From positions 62,558,001-62,622,000 of the forward strand of contig OX597824.1 in NCBI GenBank assembly GCA_951406725.2: a stretch of DNA of 64,000 nucleotides, read 5' to 3'. The translations under genes and the position numbers were made by a program. The DNA comes from Octopus vulgaris (taxonomy: Eukaryota). Shown piece by piece: positions 56,420 through 64,000 of this stretch. Positions within the stretch are counted from its first letter, which is position 1. Every line of letters starts with the position of its first letter. Under the pieces are notes generated by a model, which worked only from the letters and a program-made list of their open reading frames with translations, made no database searches and was not told the origin of the DNA.

Positions 56420-57629
56420 TGAGTGAATGAAAGTGTGTGTCGTGATGAATAAATGTTTTTGCATGTATGAGTAAGTGTCACTGTCTCACGCGCCTCCTCT
56501 CTCTCTCTCTTTCTCTCTTTCTCGCGCACACGCATTATCTTTCATATATACGTACATAAATAGGCAGAGGTAAAGAATACGTACGCCACCCGTTTTCAGC
56601 GTAACCCTAATCCTAACCACACACTGTAGGTATTCTTCACCTTTGCCCATAAATACATATGCATACATCTTTTTTGTGCGTGAGAGACAGACAGAAACAG
56701 ACAGAGTGACTGTATTTCCTCATAACATATAGAGAAATAGATGGTTTTTAATGTAATGTCTTTGTGACTTATTTTAAAACAATATTTATGTGAACATTTT
56801 CCTAAATGTTTGTCCTTGTAGAATTATATGCATGCGTGAAACATCGGATAAAAGTAAAACATTAGAAGCACATTGAAATACTGTCTGGAAATGACCTTAA
56901 AATTGTGCGACCCGAGTAGTTGCCTAGGTTATTTTAGTTGTAAAAAAGAGTTGTTGAGTGAAAAGCAAAGTTTATGTGGTTGACAGATAATAAGCAGCGG
57001 CTATGTTTCGTTATAACTCTCAAAGTTGTCAACCAACTGTCCTCCGAGAAGCGTTATTTTCATTATCCACACATCGTCAGTCTCGTAATCGAACACTGCA
57101 ATTTTGGTTGTAACTGAAGGTGTGAAACTATTTTCAATTTCTAATGAAACCTTGTCGTTGCAACTTTCAATATCAGCGCGTTTCACTGTTGAGTATAAAG
57201 TCATATACATATAATAACAGACACACAAACATATATTAACGCACACCTCAAGCCTGCCTCTGTCCCTGTGTGTGTCTTTTTGTGTCTTTAAATGTGTGTG
57301 TGTGTTTCAGGTGTCACAGAAATTTAGTTACGCATATATACATGTCAATCATCGGCCTAACGTACGTAACGATCGCTCGAACACATATAGAAAATGTGAC
57401 GGCATTGTCATCGTGATGGTGGTAAAAGATGTCGTTTACGATAGGTGACTAAAACGAAAATGACAATGTTAAATTTTTGTAATGCAAATAAGTGAAGGAA
57501 AATATAGTTTAGTTGGTAGCCAAAAGTATGTTGAAACTCTTGATACCCCATACGTCAAAAAACGGCAACTCTGTTTTCGAATGCGTAAGGAACATACACG
57601 CGCACACACACACACACATACAAACTCTC

Positions 57630-57732
57630 TTATATATATTTATGCATATATTGTTTTATTTGAGGATGGTCAGAGCACGAGAGCACACGAAGAAGGGAAG
57701 TGTCACTGAGGAGGTCACAAATGTATAACTAA
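57630..57732 (+). repeat. 103-bp direct repeat, copy 2
   Basis: Matches 55092-55194. Confidence 0.93.
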
Positions 57733-58567
57733 AGATTTCCGGACAATGGACATGAGTTAGAATAAGAACTGTAACAAACGAGTGAAGAACGATTATACAG
57801 GGCATGTGTTTACTTGACAAAAACAAATGACCGTCCCGAAATACAACTGCATCTGTTTCAACACACGACATTTCATTATGAATCTTGCAACCAAAATTCA
57901 CAAACACACACAGGTATATATATATATAATTCTAGGATTGAATTTATAAATGTTTAATACATCGCTACGCGCGTTTCCACAAATCACATGATTTTAACAT
58001 CAGAGTCCGTACCCTTAGGATTATCACAGTATTATCCGTAGTATCAATGGGCATCCGGTTGATTATCATCATTGATTCATTTCACCAGGTGATACTGCTT
58101 TAGTGGATGAATCAGAGAGGGCTATTTAACTCTTCCTGCCAGTATGAGAATCAGTCTAGCTATGTGGGTATTTCATTGTGTACTTGGTAGGTGATGGGAT
58201 TAGCAGAAGTAGTGGTAGCAATATGGGGATGGATGTGTGTGTAGTAGGGTTCGATATATTTGCTATTCCTTCTGCACATTTTATGAGGGGGTATTCTTTC
58301 AGCAGATTTAAGGATGGTAGTACACTACTTTTTTCTATTTCATTCAAGACGTAACTCAGCTCAATAAATTCTGGTTTCAACAGGTAACCAGTTGTTATAC
58401 AATGATGTTTGTTGAGCGAAGGGATTAACAATCTCTTCTTATGGTGATGTTTTCCTTGTTTCTGCAGTTATAGTGTGTATCATCTTAAACATTGGTATGT
58501 ACGACTATATATATATACATACATACCTATATTTATATGCATATATATATATCTATATATTCATATG

Positions 58568-58639
<72 letters not shown>

Positions 58640-58687
58640 CCTAAATACATATATATATATATGTGTATATATATATGTGTGTGTGTG

Positions 58688-58758
<71 letters not shown>

Positions 58759-58760
58759 GC

Positions 58761-58794
<34 letters not shown>

Positions 58795-58834
58795 TAAATT
58801 ATTAAATTAATATCTAATTTTTCACCCTCATTTA

Positions 58835-58873
<39 letters not shown>

Positions 58874-61350
58874 CATTTTTAAAATTAAATATTCGATAAA
58901 ATCTATATAAGAATTTATCAAGTAGTCAGTATGAAAACTATTTAAGGGAAAAATTTATAATTATTCCCTTTAAAAATATTTATCACTATGGTATGTTTGA
59001 CATTAATAGTTCCTCATAGCGTGAGGCATTTACGTGTCGTAATGCCCTTAATATATATTTATATTTATCCAGTTATCGTTGACTGCCTGAAGTGAGAGCA
59101 CAGAATATGCAAAATCTCAACGGTATCGCAATAGTAGCCAAATTTCTTTTAAAGCAGAAATCAGTGCCTTTCGCAATTATATGAACTTATACCTAACTTA
59201 CTGATGTCTGTAGAGAAGATAACCATTATCCGCCTCTATCTATTTATCTATCTATATCTATACAAGACTGTATGTTTGTATATATGCATATATGTTTGTA
59301 TTTTCTGCATCGTGATATATCTAAATCTTAAAGTAATTCTCTTCCTTGATATCCTTTAACCTTCATCACATTTCCTTTCTCGTTTCTCGTTAATTTTCCG
59401 ATTTACGTTGTTTGGATACTTTTCTTGAGAATTCTATTTCTCTGGGTTTATTAAATATTTAAAACTATTTCTCATACCATATATTTTTAGTCTAGATTAA
59501 TTGGTGTTTTTCTCTGATCAATAGCTATTATTTTTATTACAAAACTATTTTGTTTCCAAGTAACATTGGCAACAGAATCTAAATCTTAAATCAAATAAAC
59601 CGGAAATAAATAGGTCATTAGATTTTAAAAGTGGTATTTAAAATTCAAATTGTGAATGATGTGTATTTATACCGTTACCATATATTTAATATATATTACT
59701 ATTTTTTATATAGTGATATTGCTAAAACGACAGTTAGGAACATACCTAAATACACCTCTGCTTTGAAATAATTTTGAAACAAATATACACGATTATGGTC
59801 TACCGTATTTTCAGAAATGATTTTGATAAAAGAGGACGAAGTGAATTTATTAACAATACGACTTCATTTTGGTTTTATTTTAAATAATTTATAGCTAAAA
59901 TAGATTAGGCAGATTTTAAATTTCATAAACACGTGATTATCAATGAATAAAACTAAAATATACTTAAAATCATATAAGTCATAATAACGTAAGTGAAAAG
60001 AGAATATGGAAGAAAGCATAAAATGATGAAATATTGATATTTAATGAAAGGAATTTTTAGAATCCATCTTATAAAATGATGTCTACAACAAAACATAACT
60101 TGCAATAAATAGAAATAATAAAGTTATTTCCATAATGATCAATTGAGATCGGAAACATCCAAACAATTTGAACTGCTGCAAAATTAAAGAAACCACAGTG
60201 TAGTACTTAAAAGTATTTTTCTTTTATGAATATTAAATATAGCTATCTGGGAATTCAAATATTTTGTATGAGAGAGAGTTAACACACTTTCAGAGAGAGA
60301 AATATTAAAGGAATGTGATAAAGATTATGAATAGCTCTATGTTTCTGTGTTTTAGATTCTAAGTGGACAATTCAGTTATCAAAAAATCTGACAAGAGATG
60401 TTGATGGTGTTAAACACTACATGCCTATATGTTTGTGTGGTGTCCCTGTTCCAAGATTAAATAGAAACAAAACTATGACTACGGAGTCATTTATAAGAAT
60501 TTAGATTAGATGGTATAGATATTATAACACTCAAACATATAGTGAAGCTATAGTATACTGACACTGAGTAATCTTCAATATAGCTATTACATATTGGAGT
60601 TAGACAATATCTATATATTATTACAATAGTGCCTACCTGCCGGAAGTGTAGTCGTGCTGAAGAGAGGAGGTGAGAGAGCAGATCACTAAGATATTCTATT
60701 CAGGAAATAGCAACGTTTGGTAGAGGTTAGGTGGTATTACAAGTAGATTTCCAGACGTAATATTTAATGAAGTGTGCAGTTAAAAACTTTGCAGACGTTA
60801 ACAACTGTACGGTACTTGTTAGGGTTGTGTATAATATGGTATTTATGCAGTGATCTGAAACCGTCTTTTTATGTGGGTAAAAATATATTGGTTTCGGTAT
60901 CTCATCACATAACTTTATTAGAATGATTCGTGCTGTTTATACAAGAATGTAGCCGTATAATATTATGTCACAGGGGAATTTAATTCTTCTTAGGACCCAG
61001 AAATATTATATCTTTGCCGGATTATTTTTCCATGCTCAGTACATGATTGGGATACCACAAACACAGGATCGCTATCTACAATGAAGAAATGAATATCAAC
61101 CTGCAGGATTCCAATATAGCCCTCCATATTCTTCACGAGGTAATTAAGTGTTATTTCATCGTTACTGCACGCACTAACATCAACAAACAGTGTCAAAATC
61201 ATGGAATCTGGAAGTTATTAGGTATATTGTTGTGTAGACTAGATCTTCTCTTGTCATATACTTTGGGAAACAAACTAAAGAGCTATTCTCTACCTGGAGG
61301 TTCGAGATGCCAATTATTTTGCTATATATATAAACACGACGGGCTCTTTT

Positions 61351-61869
61351 CAGTTTCCGTCTACCAAAGTTACTCGCAAGATTTTAATTAATGCTATAGT
61401 AGAAGGCGTTCGCTCATAATACGACGCCGTGGGACTACACTCGGAGCCATGTGGTCGGGTAGCAAATTTTTACTACTCAACCATGTCTGCGCCTGTAAAA
61501 TAGTTATAATGATATACATTATATAATGATATACATTTCTTAAATCTTGGCACATGGACAGCAGTTTTAGGGGAGGACTCTGTGTTGATATTCCTTGCAT
61601 AAATAATCATATAATGATCATGAAGGTAACATTTTTATACGTTGTTCCTACTCCATCAGAACTGCTCCGATGCTAAGCAACAAGGACAATAACTGCACCC
61701 ATGGAAATCTAGCTTGTGTCTGTGCAAATGATAGCAGCGAGTAGGTATAAAGATTTTAATTCGGCCGGGAGTAAGCGTTTTTGCACTACATACAGTCGTT
61801 TCTACAGCAACTCATGGAGGAGACGATATGTATGAGACTTAATGTAATATCACAGTCTCCTGAAATACG
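61351..61869 (-). repeat. Copy 2 of the inverted duplication
   Basis: Reverse complement of 33186-33639, with extra short inserts. Confidence 0.9.
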
Positions 61870-63189
61870 GTTCAAGCGACTCTTTTAATTGATTAAGCAG
61901 ATAAATTTGAAGCACTGAACAACAGTCATTTTTACATCCTATATGCTGAATTTGCCTTATTTAATTGTATTTAGTTTAAATGATTATATCTAATTTAAAT
62001 GATACTTGTATCATATAAAGTAAATGCATTCACTGCATTATAAAGTGTAACAAGTCCATTTAAAATCGATGTTATATAATTTCTTTTGGAGTTATTTTGT
62101 TTTCTTTCTTTAAATTTTCAAATTTCAAGAGATCATTAGGCTTCCAGTTTATGAACTTTGTTTACTTTTCAAAATTACTGTAAGCTATTATATACTTTCC
62201 CCTGGAATCATCTTTTCCCTCCGGTCATATTTTCTACCATATCTTGCTATGTAATTCATGCATTAAAAATGTCCACTTGTTGAATTTTCTCCAGTTTCTA
62301 TTTCAGCTTCAATGGCCTACTAGAAAAGGACTCCAATGCTACGTTGGCTGGCCATTTAGAGAAATGCTAATTTAAAGATTGTAAATATCAACAAGAAAAT
62401 GCTGGAGCACTTATCATCCCCGACAACCCATTATATCTGTTAACATCTGTCTGCTACATGCAATTATATTTTATTATCATTCTCACCATATTCGTGTTCA
62501 AGAACACATCCTAAATAACAACTCTATATTTGGGAAGACGTAATTCACAACAGTTATGTCCTAGCATTTATTTCATGCCACAATCAGCCTGCTATGTAAG
62601 ATAAACTTTTAAGTCATTTAGGCTATCACTAATATTATTATCACACTTATTCCATATTGTCATGCTTTCTAACTGTTGCTAAATAACACACTTCATTTAC
62701 AACGGCAATACAAAAGAATTTCTCTCCTTCATTGGTATAGACTTAATAGTGTAGCTGCTGCCTGATATATTTATGGAACTACCAACTCTACTATAATAGC
62801 CAAAAAATATCATCACATCTACAATCCCCACCAAAACCATAGATATTCCCACAATGATTAGGAAAATGATCTCCTGCAGAGTCACCAGAAATAGTTCTTG
62901 TCATTATTCTTAGAAGGACAAGAAGTCGAATATCATCAAAAGTATATACAATAAAATCACTAAGTTGTATGTGACAAGGAATAAATTTACGTTCGTTAGC
63001 TGTCTTTTTGTTTGCACAGAATCGTCACCTTGTGAAACGCTTTCATTTAATTCCATTAGCCGAAAAGCGAAGATAAATCATTGCAGAACCTTACTAAACT
63101 ATCTTGTCTGCCAACAAAATGTACTTCTGTTTTCCTAAGTGAAGTATATTTGACGATTTAAATATATAAAAAAACAATAAAACTTTCAA

Positions 63190-63640
63190 ATTGTGGCTGA
63201 AGACTCAAAAGTTTGGTGCAAATTTTTGTACAGAAATTCCAGGGAAGGAGTGTGTCGATTAAATCGACCCCAGTGCGCAACTGATAGTTATTTTAACGAT
63301 CCTGAAAGAATGAACGGCAAATTCGACATCAGCGCATTTGAACTCAGAACGTAAGGACGGATGGAATACGGCAAAGCAATTTTTCAGTCGTGCTAGTGAT
63401 TCTGGTGGTACGCGGCCTTAATGTTGGTTCGAAATTTTGGCACAAGCTCAGCAGTTTCGGAGGCACGATTAAGTCGATGACATTGACCCCAGTGTTCAAC
63501 TGGTAATTAGTTTATCGATCCCATAAGGATAAAATTCAAAGTCGACCTGGGACGAATTTGGACTCAGAACATCAAGTCGGACGAAATGCCACAAACCACT
63601 TTGACCGGTGTACTAACGATTTTACCTGCTCAACACCTTA
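63190..63640 (-). mobile_element. Two tandem SINE family A copies
   Basis: Two repeats of aaattttgg/tg..ca...gtcgat..atcgaccccagtg...actcagaac...gctaacgatt. Confidence 0.82.
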
Positions 63641-63701
63641 ATATTAGCAATATACATACATACGTACACACACACACCTAAATAAATATATATACATATG
63701 T

Positions 63702-63776
<75 letters not shown>

Positions 63777-64000
63777 TGTGTATACAGGGTGGGATCATTG
63801 CTGCACTTTTTGTTAACTCTGTTTAATCTTTGTTTCAGAAAATGATAATGGTATACCCTCAGCTTACTCAAGAAATGAAGAAGTATACTGTTATTGTGGC
63901 TATAAATGTTGAGCATTGTGATTTAGAAATATCTCGATTTTTAACTGTTGCCAGATCTTTCGTCTACAATGTTTGTAAAGAGTAGGAGACTACAGATGGA

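Noticed and set aside
57044-57086. Minus-strand cgaga-CTGACGA...GAAA...tctcg hammerhead candidate
   Set aside because: Stem I pairs, but stems II and III do not and the NUH site is wrong.
58080-58460. Possible decayed PLE RT fragment on the minus strand
   Set aside because: No unambiguous RT motif recoverable.
60990-61391. 70-aa and 114-aa ORFs next to a ttcttcttag acceptor-like site
   Set aside because: All frames after the acceptor stop quickly; no recognisable domain; the longer ORF runs into a SINE.
62697-62885. Hydrophobic ORF faintly resembling a tetraspanin or GPCR helix
   Set aside because: Short, no diagnostic motif, no supporting exons.

Overview
AT-rich, repeat-saturated eukaryotic (metazoan) DNA. 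The SINE families, dense (TA)n/(CA)n/(TTA)n microsatellites and TE mix suggest a cephalopod such as Octopus; this is inference, not a database result. I can support no host protein-coding gene, and most short ORFs in the track are microsatellite translations. Main contents: (i) one Penelope-like element (PLE) with an uninterrupted RT + GIY-YIG frame (Neptune-type, 6684-8999, minus) sitting between two (TA)n tracts; (ii) decayed Naiad- and Neptune-type PLE pieces; (iii) at least six PLE-type hammerhead ribozyme (HHR) motifs, including a 206-bp zero-spacer palindrome with an HHR in each arm and a possible U3-A8 core variant; (iv) several decayed R4/Dong-like non-LTR elements (restriction-like endonuclease) in (TAA)n tracts; (v) Tigger, mariner and Chapaev3 relics and a Helentron-associated element; (vi) a long-TIR element with a 4-bp TSD and an internal TTAGGG array; (vii) many tRNA-derived SINEs and two local duplications. 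Boundaries of decayed elements are approximate and were read by eye.
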